A DNA stretch of 64,000 bases from an uncultured Myxococcales bacterium (GTDB lineage: Bacteria > Myxococcota_A > UBA9042). This document shows positions 17,598 to 26,649 of the stretch, in pieces. The first letter of the stretch is position 1. The number at the start of each line of letters is the position of its first letter. The notes under the pieces are model-generated. The model did not search any database. It was not told the origin of the DNA and saw nothing but the letters and a program-made list of their open reading frames with translations. Made by a program: the position numbers and the translations under genes. Where the stretch lies: NCBI GenBank assembly GCA_903840165.1, contig CAIMEY010000002.1, positions 133,109 through 197,108 of the forward strand, read 5' to 3'.

Positions 17598-18484
17598 GTC
17601 ACCTGCCGTCGTCGCCAAATCGCAATGAAAATAAGGAGTAAGCTGAAAATCGCACCAACCGTCGTCCCCCGAGTTGCGGCGCTGCATCCGCCCGGGGCAG
17701 GCGTGGTGCCGCCGCTGCTGAGGTCGCTACCGCTGCTGCTGGCGTCGGTGGCTGGGCCGATGCTTGGGTCACACGTGGTGGTGTAGGCGTGGCAGATGCC
17801 GTCGCGATCGTCCTGGGCCAAGCTGCATTTCTCGCCTGGTTGCGCAGTGTTGAAGGCGTACATGGTCGCCTGCGCATCGGGGCTGTGGCCTAGTCCCAAG
17901 GCATGGCCCATCTCGTGCGTTAGCGTGTCGCACAAATTCACGCGTCCGGCTGAGCAGTTGCCGACGCAGAAGTCGTGGTCGACATCGTCAATCGCAATGT
18001 CCGCGTCGACCAGTTCGCCCGTGCTGAGGTTGGCTGTCACCACCGTTTGCGACAAGACCGAGACGCCAAAGGGCCAATTGGCTTTGATTGGAATGATGAA
18101 ATTGCCGTTCGGGCTATAGCCGGTGCACTTGCCCTGCGCATCCTTGCCGGTGCAGTCGGGCCCCAGGGTGTCGGTATGTGCAAACCCCTTGTTCTCTAGG
18201 GTAAATCCAATCGGATGGCTGGGGCAGGGCGTGCCCGGGACATTGGCTTTGGCACCTTGGCAGGTGTCGCACGCAACCGTTTGCCAAGAGACCATCGCGG
18301 CGTCGACCGTGGCTTGATAGTCGCCATCGGAAACTGTGTCTAGGCTGACATTTTGCAAGTGAAAATCAATGGTCGAGCCCAGCCAGCGCTCGCCGCAGCC
18401 CGTCCCCACTTGGGTCTGCACCCAAGCAAGCGCGGTCGACGGCAGCCAGAGCCACCCCAGGGCGATCGCGATTGGCCAACGCAT
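17594..18484 (-). CDS. Secreted metzincin zinc metalloprotease (matrixin/M10-like) with MYXO-CTERM sorting tail
   Basis: ORF 17594..18817. Start proposed at internal MRWPIAIALGWLWLPSTALA (signal peptide; minus ATG at 18484). HEMGHALGLGHS (HExxHxxGxxH) followed by an ATMYAF Met-turn. C-terminus GGCSAATRGTTVGAIFSLLLIFIAIWRRRQVT is a GC + hydrophobic helix + Arg cluster (MYXO-CTERM). The 4-bp overlap with the S41 peptidase start indicates an operon. Confidence 0.75.
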   Translation of the reverse strand: MRWPIAIALGWLWLPSTALAWVQTQVGTGCGERWLGSTIDFHLQNVSLDTVSDGDYQATVDAAMVSWQTVACDTCQGAKANVPGTPCPSHPIGFTLENKGFAHTDTLGPDCTGKDAQGKCTGYSPNGNFIIPIKANWPFGVSVLSQTVVTANLSTGELVDADIAIDDVDHDFCVGNCSAGRVNLCDTLTHEMGHALGLGHSPDAQATMYAFNTAQPGEKCSLAQDDRDGICHAYTTTCDPSIGPATDASSSGSDLSSGGTTPAPGGCSAATRGTTVGAIFSLLLIFIAIWRRRQVT

Positions 18485-18619
18485 GCAGTCCTCCGTCGCC
18501 AACCCTACCGGATCTTGGGTCCATTTGGCAAAGCCGCGCTCCTGGGAATGTCTTGCGGCCCTGCGGGGCTGACCCGTATGCTGGCGACGGGTCAAGCGCA
18601 CGGCGCCTGGGGTGAATAA

Positions 18620-19903
18620 GTGCATAAGAACTTGAAAGTCATGGCAATTCTTGGCGTCATGCTGGCCGTCTCTATGCTTGCGCCGTTGGGCGCGACGGCC
18701 TGGGCCAATGGTCGTTATCCAGCGGCGGGGCAACTGGTTGTCGACCCGATCGATGCCCAACGCATCGTGGTGCGGACCACCTTTGGCCTTTTGCAGACCA
18801 CCGATAACACCAAGCATTGGCAGTGGATTTGTGAAACTGCGGCGGGCTACGAGGACAATACGGACCCCTATTTCACCGTCGGCGGCAGTGGCGCCTTGGT
18901 CGTGGCGACGGCTACCGGCATGACGGTGAGCAGCGATCGCGGCTGTGTTTGGACGAAACTACCTGGATCAATGGGGCAATTGCCTGCCTATGACTTGGTG
19001 GTTTCGCTGTCGTCGCCCCTGAACATGTGGGCCGTGGACCAGAGCGACGGCGGCCTTCTGCAACTGCTGGCATCGACCGACGGTGGGCTACACTTTTCGC
19101 CACAGGGAGCAAAATTGCCTAGTGGCTTCAGCGCTCTAACCCTGGAAGTCGCGCCCTCCAATCCTCAGCGCATCTATGTCAGCGGCCAGCAGCAGCAGAC
19201 CCAGAGCGTGATCATGCGTAGCGACGATGGCGGCGCTTCCTGGCAGGCGTTACCGATGGATACGACCGATATTGTGGGCGATTTCGTTGGTGCTGTCGAC
19301 CCGCAACAGCCGGACCGCCTCTACGTGCGACGCAACACGGACACGGGGGATGCGCTGCTGTTCTCCAGTGATGCGGGGCTGACTTGGCAACAGGCCTTTG
19401 CCACCCCGGGGAAGTTGCTGGGGTTTGCGCTGTCCCCGGATGGTCAGACCGTGGCTCTTGGCGTAGTTGTCCCGCAATCGCCTGAATTGCGTGGGCTTTG
19501 GCTTGCCTCAAGCAGCGACATGGTGTTTCACAAGGTGCAGGATGTGCAGCCGACCTGCCTGACTTGGACCGCCCAAGGCCTGTGGATTTGCGCCCTGCAG
19601 TCCGTGGATCACTTTGTGCTCGGGCGTTCGGAGGACGCCGGCAAGTCCATCAAGCCGCTGCTGCAACTTGCTGACATCAAGCCACTGTCCTGTCCGGTCG
19701 GCACGCGCACAGCCAATGTCTGCCCTGCGGCTTGGACGCTCGTGGCCAAACAACTTGGTGTGGGTACCTCGCCAGTAGTTGCGCCGGCTCAGCCTATCTC
19801 TTCTGGATGTAATGGTTTTCGTGGGTCGTCGGCGATTGCTGTGCCGTGGCTGACCCTCATTTTGCTTCTGGCGCTCGGTCTGCGCACAAGGCGGGTGAAA
19901 TAG
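18620..19903 (+). CDS. Secreted BNR/Asp-box repeat beta-propeller protein with MYXO-CTERM sorting tail
   Basis: 427 aa. Signal peptide MHKNLKVMAILGVMLAVSMLAPLGATAWA. Repeated S-x-D-x-G-x-T/S-W motifs (SSDRGCVW, STDGGLHF, SDDGGASWQ, SSDAGLTWQ). C-terminus SGCNGFRGSSAIAVPWLTLILLLALGLRTRRVK is a MYXO-CTERM tail. Confidence 0.75.
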   Translation: MHKNLKVMAILGVMLAVSMLAPLGATAWANGRYPAAGQLVVDPIDAQRIVVRTTFGLLQTTDNTKHWQWICETAAGYEDNTDPYFTVGGSGALVVATATGMTVSSDRGCVWTKLPGSMGQLPAYDLVVSLSSPLNMWAVDQSDGGLLQLLASTDGGLHFSPQGAKLPSGFSALTLEVAPSNPQRIYVSGQQQQTQSVIMRSDDGGASWQALPMDTTDIVGDFVGAVDPQQPDRLYVRRNTDTGDALLFSSDAGLTWQQAFATPGKLLGFALSPDGQTVALGVVVPQSPELRGLWLASSSDMVFHKVQDVQPTCLTWTAQGLWICALQSVDHFVLGRSEDAGKSIKPLLQLADIKPLSCPVGTRTANVCPAAWTLVAKQLGVGTSPVVAPAQPISSGCNGFRGSSAIAVPWLTLILLLALGLRTRRVK

Positions 19904-19929
19904 GCCCACCTTGTGCGCGACCGCTGGCG

Positions 19930-22900
19930 CTACTTGCAGGCGCAGGCCGTGTCGAGCTTGTAGTCGCCCGCGTAGCCATCATAGCCATCGACAACGAACA
20001 AGTACTTGGAATCCTTGACCGCATTGAAGGTCACGGCCACGGTGCTGTTCATCATCAGGCCGCCGGCGAGGCAGGTCTTGCCGTCGCAGATCTTGCTGCC
20101 GTCGAGCACGAACAGGTCGAGGTAGCCCGGCGTCGTGCTGACCTTGGTCAAGGTCACAGTGATCGCACCAGTGCACGAAGCCGTGAAATCATACGTGTAT
20201 TCGTTGCCCGTCTCGGTGCCGTAGGTGTTGGCGGGGCAGACGTACGTGTCCACCTTGTCGGTGCTGCCCGTGCTGTCGCTGGTGTACTGGTCGCTGCTGC
20301 CACAGCTCATCGGGAAGTCGCCGACGCAGCCGGCCGCGCACGACGCATCGGCGGCGCAATCGCTGTCCGCACAGTCGGTTGTGCCGTCTTTGTCGTTGTC
20401 GATGCCGTCGTTGCAGATGGCTTCAGTGGCCGGAATCGGCGTGCAGCCGCAGTCGATCTTGATGTCATACTGACCGCTGTAGTTGTTGTAACCGTCGACA
20501 ACGATGTCGTATTTGGCACCCTTCTTGCCAGCGAACTTGACCGTCGCCGTTTTGCCGCCCATCAGGCCATGGGCAACGCAGCTGGAACCCGCGCACACTT
20601 GGCTGCCGTCAAGGACAAACAAGTCGAGGAATCCTGCGGCCGTAGACGTCTTGGTCAAGGTCACGGTCACGTCGCCGTCGCACTCGCCCAAGTAGGTGTA
20701 GGTGTATTCGCTGCCGGTTTCGTTGCCGAAGCTACCGTCTTTGCAGGTGTAGCTGTCAACGATGTCCGTGCTGCCGGCGCTGGCGTTGCCATAGGAATCC
20801 GTGCCGCCGCAGGTGAGCGGGAAGTCGCCACTGCACTGGCACACGGGGTTGGCCGCGCAATCGCTGTCGGCGCAATCGGTTTTGCCGTCTTTGTCGTTGT
20901 CGACCTTGTCATCGCAAATCGATTCCTTGCTGATGACGCAGGCGGGGTCCTTGGCGCAATCGCTGTCCGAGCAGTCGGTCTTGCCGTCCTGGTCATTGTC
21001 GATTTGGTCGGCGCACTTGGTCTCCGTGGTGACCTTGCAGGCGGCATCGGCAGCGCAATCGCTGTCATCACAGTCGGTTTTGCCGTCGCCATCGTTGTCG
21101 ATCTTGTCGGCGCAGAGGGTTTCCTTGCCGGCGCAAACCGCCTTGATCGTGTAATCGGACTTGACGGCATTGTAGCCATCGACCGCGAACAAGTACTTGT
21201 CGCCCTTCTTGACGCTGACGGTCTTGGTGGCCGCGTTGTTGCTCATCAGCGCGTGCGCGACGCAGGTATTGGCTGCGCAAGGTTTGGTGCCGTCGAGCAA
21301 GAACAAGTCAATGAACTCACTGGCGCTGCCCGTCTTGGTCAGCGTCACGGTCAAATCGCCTGTGCAATCAGCGGTGTAGGAGTAGGTCAGTTCCGGCCCT
21401 GTCTCATTGCCAGCGCTGCCGTCGGTGCAGGTCCAGGTGTTGACGACCTGGGTGCTGCCATTGCCGCCGTTGTTCCAGTTGTCGGCAACGCCAGACTTAA
21501 GCGTATACGAGGCCTTGCAGGAGCAGGCGGCATCAGCGGCGCAATCGCTGTCGGCGCAGTCGATCTTGCCGTCCTTGTCGTTGTCGATCTTGTCGCTGCA
21601 GAGCGTTTCCGTGCTGGTCGGCGCGCAGGCCGGATCCTTGGCGCAATCGCTGTCATTGCAGTCGGTTTTGCCGTCCTTGTCGTTGTCGATCTTGTCGGTG
21701 CAGTTGGCTTCGGTGCTCGGCGCGACGCAGGCGGGATCCTTGGCGCAATCGCTGTCGCCGCAGTCGGTTTTGCCATCCTTGTCGTTGTCGACCTTGTCGG
21801 TACAGTTGGTCTCAACGGTGGGTGTGCAAGCCAGATCGGCAGCGCAATCGCTGTCTTTGCAGTCGGTCAGGCCATCGGCATCGTTGTCGATCGTGTCGTT
21901 GCAGATGGTTTCCTTGCCGCCCGCGCAGCCGCACTGGATCTTGAGGGTGAAATCGGTGGCGAGATTGGCGTAACCGTCGACAACTACAAGGTACTTGGTG
22001 CCCTTCTTGGCGTCCTTGAGCGTCACGGTCGCCGCGTCGGTGCCCATCAAGTTGTGGGCAATGCAGGTGTTGGCCGCGCACGCCTTGCTACCATCGAGGA
22101 CGAAGAGGTCCAAGTAGCCAGATGCAGTGCCAATCTTCTGTAGCGAAATGGTCATCGCGCCATCGCATTCCGCGGTGACGTCGTACACCATTTCGGGGCC
22201 AGTTTCCTGATTGGCATTACCATCTTTGCAGGTGTAGCTGTCCAGGGCCTTGCTGCTGCCGGCGTCGCCGTTGTTGCCCTTGACCGAATCGCCGCAGATG
22301 TGGCTGCCGGCGCTCTGGCAGGTGGCCACAGGCACGTTGCAAGCGGCGGCCTTGGTACAATCGTCGTCGGCGCAGTCGGTATTGCCGTCGCCGTCATCGT
22401 CTTTCTTATTGGCGCAGTCCGCTTCGCACTGCTTGCCGCAGGCCGCGAACACTTCCTTGACGCAAACAGCGTCCCAGGCGGTGTCGCAGCAGTAGCCGTC
22501 GCCGCTCCAGTTCCCAGAAGCGTCTTTGGTTCCGCAGACTTTGGCAGCGCACGGGTCGCAGGCGGGGTCCAGTGGCTTGCCACCAGCGGCAGCGGCGCAG
22601 ACGTTGCAGGTCGCCTTGCACGCGGCATCAGCGGCGCAATCGGCGTCGTTGCAGTCGACTAAGCCATCGAGGTCATTGTCGATCTTGTCGGTGCAGTTGG
22701 TCTCGGTCTTGGGGGCCAAGCACTTGGCATCCTTGGCGCAGTCGCTGTCGTTGCAGTCGGTCTTGCCGTCTTTGTCGTCGTCGACCAAGTTGCCGCAGTT
22801 TGTCTCGACCGTCACGGCGCACGCGGCGTTGACCGCACAATCGTTGTCGGCGCAATCGGTTAGGCCGTCTTTGTCGTCGTCGATGCCATTGGTGCAGTTG

Positions 22901-23949
22901 ACTTCGCCGTTGGCGTTGCAGGCTGCATCCGCGGCGCAATCGTTGTCTTTGCAGTCGGTTGCGCCGTCCTTGTCGTCGTCAATGCCATTGGTGCAGTTGG
23001 CTTCCTTGGTCGGATTGGCGCAGGCCGCGTCGGCAGCGCAATCGTTGTCGGCGCAGTCCGTGGCGCCGTCCTTGTCGTCGTCAACGCCATTGGCGCAGTT
23101 GGTTTCCTTGGCGGGGATAGCTGCACACGCTGGGAAGGTCGCGCAATCACTGTCTTTGCAGTCGGTCTGACCGTCGCCGTCGTCGTCGATGTTGTTGGCG
23201 CAATCCGTTTCCGTCTTGCCAATCGCACACTTGGGGTCGGTGGCGCAGTCGTTGTCGGCGCAGTCGATGGCACCGTCGCAGTCGTCATCCTTGCCATCTG
23301 AGCAGTTGATTTCTTTGGTGTTTGCGCAGGTGCCGCTGCCGCCCTTGCAAACGCCGGCGACGCACAAGTCGCCCGTGGTCGTCGGGTCGCCGTCATCGCA
23401 GGGCTTGCCGTTGTTGGTGTACTGGCAACCGTTGGTAGAATCACAGGTTTCGTCGGTGCACGGGTTGTTGTCGTCGCAGTTGGCCTTGACGGTGCCGTTG
23501 CAGGTGCCGGCCGTGCAGACCGCTTGGCTGTAGCACATGTCGGCCGACTGGCAGTTGGTGCCGTCCGGGGCCGTGGCTGTTTGGCAAGTACCTGAACTTA
23601 CGTCACATTGGGCGACTTGGCAGGAGCCGACGTTGACCTTGCCGGTGCAATCGGCGTCGGTTTTGCAGCCGCCGCTCTGACTGCCTTGATCATCGGGGGT
23701 TTGCACGTCGTTGGTGCCGGTGTCGACCTTGGTCGTGTCGCCCGCCTTGGTGTCGCCTAGGTTCACGACGACGTCTTGTCCGCCGTTATTGTTGGCATTA
23801 TTGGTGGACGACTGCGTTCCGTTGCCGTCACTGCAGGCAGCTGCGAGCACAAGGCCAGCCGCAAGCAGGACGCGGGTACAGGCATTCAGGGCCGTGGAAG
23901 CGGGACGATGCATGGTAAGCTCCGAGAATGATTCTGAAAAAACCGGCAA
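19930..23949 (-). CDS. Giant multidomain lipoprotein: MopE-like/thrombospondin-type-3-like Asp/Cys calcium-binding repeats alternating with four pre-peptidase C-terminal (PPC)-like domains
   Basis: 1339 aa. Start at 23949 (MPVFSESFSELT) or 23913 (MHRPASTALNACTRVLLAAGLVLAAACSDG with LAAAC lipobox). More than 20 units of C-x-N/D-x-IDNDKDGKTDC-x-DSDCA-x-D-x-AC. Four ~120-aa modules with ...YTCKDGS.GNETG.E.TY... DLFVLDGS..C....C.AH.LM.... KY.FVVDGY......Y.I (PPC-domain-like). Confidence 0.85.
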   Translation of the reverse strand: MPVFSESFSELTMHRPASTALNACTRVLLAAGLVLAAACSDGNGTQSSTNNANNNGGQDVVVNLGDTKAGDTTKVDTGTNDVQTPDDQGSQSGGCKTDADCTGKVNVGSCQVAQCDVSSGTCQTATAPDGTNCQSADMCYSQAVCTAGTCNGTVKANCDDNNPCTDETCDSTNGCQYTNNGKPCDDGDPTTTGDLCVAGVCKGGSGTCANTKEINCSDGKDDDCDGAIDCADNDCATDPKCAIGKTETDCANNIDDDGDGQTDCKDSDCATFPACAAIPAKETNCANGVDDDKDGATDCADNDCAADAACANPTKEANCTNGIDDDKDGATDCKDNDCAADAACNANGEVNCTNGIDDDKDGLTDCADNDCAVNAACAVTVETNCGNLVDDDKDGKTDCNDSDCAKDAKCLAPKTETNCTDKIDNDLDGLVDCNDADCAADAACKATCNVCAAAAGGKPLDPACDPCAAKVCGTKDASGNWSGDGYCCDTAWDAVCVKEVFAACGKQCEADCANKKDDDGDGNTDCADDDCTKAAACNVPVATCQSAGSHICGDSVKGNNGDAGSSKALDSYTCKDGNANQETGPEMVYDVTAECDGAMTISLQKIGTASGYLDLFVLDGSKACAANTCIAHNLMGTDAATVTLKDAKKGTKYLVVVDGYANLATDFTLKIQCGCAGGKETICNDTIDNDADGLTDCKDSDCAADLACTPTVETNCTDKVDNDKDGKTDCGDSDCAKDPACVAPSTEANCTDKIDNDKDGKTDCNDSDCAKDPACAPTSTETLCSDKIDNDKDGKIDCADSDCAADAACSCKASYTLKSGVADNWNNGGNGSTQVVNTWTCTDGSAGNETGPELTYSYTADCTGDLTVTLTKTGSASEFIDLFLLDGTKPCAANTCVAHALMSNNAATKTVSVKKGDKYLFAVDGYNAVKSDYTIKAVCAGKETLCADKIDNDGDGKTDCDDSDCAADAACKVTTETKCADQIDNDQDGKTDCSDSDCAKDPACVISKESICDDKVDNDKDGKTDCADSDCAANPVCQCSGDFPLTCGGTDSYGNASAGSTDIVDSYTCKDGSFGNETGSEYTYTYLGECDGDVTVTLTKTSTAAGFLDLFVLDGSQVCAGSSCVAHGLMGGKTATVKFAGKKGAKYDIVVDGYNNYSGQYDIKIDCGCTPIPATEAICNDGIDNDKDGTTDCADSDCAADASCAAGCVGDFPMSCGSSDQYTSDSTGSTDKVDTYVCPANTYGTETGNEYTYDFTASCTGAITVTLTKVSTTPGYLDLFVLDGSKICDGKTCLAGGLMMNSTVAVTFNAVKDSKYLFVVDGYDGYAGDYKLDTACACK

Positions 23950-24285
23950 CTAGCCCCGGCTCTTGACGATCTGCCTGGCGCGAAGGGCGCAAGAGGATAC
24001 GGATCGGCCTGCCTGCGGTCAAGGGATTTCGTGCGCAAGGGACTTGGCGCGAGTCCGTTAAGGCCCAGCCCGCCTCACCGTCGCTTTCTGGCTGATGATC
24101 GAAGTAGGGGCGCAGGTCCTGCACATGGGCCGCGTGGTGATCGCCGGCACCGGCTCAGGTTGCGGGTCGTAGGCCAATCGAGCCGTCGCGCGGCGGTCGA
24201 TCACTGCAAAGGTCAGTCGTTGTAGGGGTTTGACCACTGCCCGCCATTGACAGTGCGGGCTTTGACCGTGCCCAAAGTGCACCTT

Positions 24286-24954
24286 CTAGAGGGCGGAATG
24301 CGCTTGGGGAAAGCGCTTTTCAGCATTTGGCTTCAGGGGCACGATCAGGTTGCGGAACTCGATCTCGCCCACGCCCTCGGCGTGGAAACTCTTGTCGACT
24401 TTGCCGTAGCGCGTGGTCGGTTTTGAATTCGTCTCCAGGGAACGCGGCTCAAGGCTACCGCACACGGTCAGGTCGACACCGCAGGGCACAAAGACTTCGC
24501 CAAAGAAATTGCCCTCTTCGCTGCCTAGGCCCCGATAGACCATCTTGGCGTTGGCATCCAGACAGTCGCCGATGGCGAAGTAGATGTAATAGTCCTCGCT
24601 AGCGGTGCGTCGTGGTCCTTCAAACTTGCCGCCAATCTCCACCTCGCAACTGCGCTTTTCTGTGCCGGAAACCGCTGTCGGCAGGGCAACAGCTGGCGTC
24701 GCCGGAGCCGCAATCACCACTGCGACGGGGTCGGCCTTGGCCAGTGCTGGCTTAGGTTCCTCTGACGCAATCGCGGGTTTGGGCATGCTAGGCGCCTCGG
24801 ACTTCTTGGTACAGGCACCCATGACCACGACCAGCAGGCCAATTAGCGCAAGGAGTTCAGCCCTTGGCGCGGTGCCAGCGTTGCCGATTGGCACAGGCGC
24901 ATCCAGGACAACCTTGAAATAACTAGGGATCTGTATCATTGGTTTGCACTCCAA
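24286..24954 (-). CDS. Hypothetical lipoprotein
   Basis: 222 aa. Internal start MIQIPSYFKVVLDAPVPIGNAGTAPRAELLALIGLLVVVMGAC (VMGAC lipobox) likely. No recognisable motif. 19-bp overlap with the upstream gene. Confidence 0.5.
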   Translation of the reverse strand: MECKPMIQIPSYFKVVLDAPVPIGNAGTAPRAELLALIGLLVVVMGACTKKSEAPSMPKPAIASEEPKPALAKADPVAVVIAAPATPAVALPTAVSGTEKRSCEVEIGGKFEGPRRTASEDYYIYFAIGDCLDANAKMVYRGLGSEEGNFFGEVFVPCGVDLTVCGSLEPRSLETNSKPTTRYGKVDKSFHAEGVGEIEFRNLIVPLKPNAEKRFPQAHSAL

Positions 24955-26483
24955 ACGAGGCTGCCGCGGCCCAGGCTAGGGGCGTCGGCGGTCGAACCGT
25001 CGCGGATGTCTGCCTGCAACGGCATGGCACGGCCGCCGCCGAAGACATACTGGTCCATTTGCTTGAGGTTTCCGGTCAGTACTAGGTCGACAAAGCCAGA
25101 CGCGCGAACGCTCGGGATGACGGCCTGGGCCAACGCAGGGGGCACCGTGGCGCGAATTTCGATCTTGCCGTCGACGACGCGTACGGGCACGGTCATCACG
25201 AATGGCGTGCTGCCCGGAACGAAGAGGTATGCGCGCAAGGTATCATTTTTGCTGTCTTTTCCGTCGGGAAGGATAGCGATTCGCGCCTCGCGGAACTGCC
25301 AACTGCCGACCAGCCACGCCGTGCTGCGAATGCGCGGCAGGATTCCGCGAATCATTAACACCGGCGCCGGGTTAGCGGGTACGGTCAGCTTGGCTTCAGC
25401 GGTGCCTCCTGCCGCCACGTCGATGGCAACCTCAGCGCCTGGAGCCACTTGCGCGACCACAGTTCCGTCCCGGCTGCCACTGTTCTTGACGGCAATGACG
25501 ACGTCGACGTCCTTTCCCCGTGCAAACACGGTCATCCGCGGCGCAATCCCGTCGACCTTGTGGGTTCGCAGTCCGAGTTCCCCATCAATTGCGTGTAGGT
25601 AGATGTCGGTCATACGCGTTGTCGGCAGCGCCTGCCACACGCGGCCGATCGCTTCTAGGGGCACGTCCGCGTCACAAGCCCGCTTATCCACGCCCAATTC
25701 GCGGCGGACAGGCTGGATGCCCACGACCTTGGCACTTGCTTCGCCGTCGCAGTCGAAGTGAAATTCCAGAATCAAACCAATCTTTTGCGTGCGCACCCCG
25801 CCGTGGGGCTGACACTGCGCTGTGTGGCTCAGCGTCAGATTCTGGCCGGGCAGCAGCAGTTGGCTGAGACGGTCGCCGCCGGCCAGTTCGACCTCAGCCA
25901 CCACTTGGTTTCGCGTCGGATTGTGCAGGATATATTTGAAAGTATAGTCTTTAGGCGTCAAGAACTTCCAACTGGTCGCTTGATTGCGCTTGAGCTCGTC
26001 CTGCAGCGCCTGTTGTGAAACGGTCGGGCCGCGCGGCTCCTCTTCCTCCGAAACCTGAGGCGATTCAACGGTGACCCACTGCGCGGCCTTGCTCGTCTGC
26101 ACGAGTTCTTGCAGGGCGTGCCACAGCGGGACACCGTCCGGCGTATCGGCCCGCGCTGCATAGAGATCGACTACCGTCTGCAGCGAGCACTCGCATTCCG
26201 GTTTTGGCTTGTCCGGCTTGCACTTGGGCAGCAGTCGCGCGCAGACCGACGCCACAGGCTCGCCACTGTTGGCCGCTGCCTGGTTGCGCGCCGCTACCGT
26301 CGGTCCGTCCATAACCACGCCATGGACGTTGGAACTGCTGCACCCGTCGGTCACCGCGAGCAGCAGGGCCAGCATCCCGGCCCACCGCAGAGCCAGCCGC
26401 GGAGCGCTGAGAACGGACAGAGAATTGCCACGAAAAATCGCGGAGATCGAGCGGAACTGTTGGAGCGTGAGGGGCGACAGCAT
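24936..26483 (-). CDS. Hypothetical secreted/lipoprotein (first gene of a two-gene operon divergent from the Ser/Thr kinase)
   Basis: 515 aa. N-terminal MLALLLAVTDGC lipobox-like signal. No recognisable catalytic motif. Confidence 0.55.
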   Translation of the reverse strand: MLSPLTLQQFRSISAIFRGNSLSVLSAPRLALRWAGMLALLLAVTDGCSSSNVHGVVMDGPTVAARNQAAANSGEPVASVCARLLPKCKPDKPKPECECSLQTVVDLYAARADTPDGVPLWHALQELVQTSKAAQWVTVESPQVSEEEEPRGPTVSQQALQDELKRNQATSWKFLTPKDYTFKYILHNPTRNQVVAEVELAGGDRLSQLLLPGQNLTLSHTAQCQPHGGVRTQKIGLILEFHFDCDGEASAKVVGIQPVRRELGVDKRACDADVPLEAIGRVWQALPTTRMTDIYLHAIDGELGLRTHKVDGIAPRMTVFARGKDVDVVIAVKNSGSRDGTVVAQVAPGAEVAIDVAAGGTAEAKLTVPANPAPVLMIRGILPRIRSTAWLVGSWQFREARIAILPDGKDSKNDTLRAYLFVPGSTPFVMTVPVRVVDGKIEIRATVPPALAQAVIPSVRASGFVDLVLTGNLKQMDQYVFGGGRAMPLQADIRDGSTADAPSLGRGSLVWSANQ

Positions 26484-26649
26484 CGGTGGGTCCGTCCTAG
26501 GAGAATCTCAGCGTAGCGCCCCAGCGCCCCCTCAGCAAGGGGCCTGGACCGATGTCCGTAACGGCACCAAAATACATTGTAATGTAAGCGATTTTTCGCC
26601 AAAGAAGCTCAGGCCAATTTCGGCGCAGTAGCCAGCGTCTGTCCAGCGC

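Noticed and set aside
23950-24285. A third copy of the CTAGTAC repeat element or a terminator hairpin (GCCCGCcattgacagtGCGGGC) upstream of the giant lipoprotein gene.
   Set aside because: The hairpin exists, but the flanking sequence shows no homology to the repeat family. It is on the wrong strand to terminate the upstream minus-strand gene.
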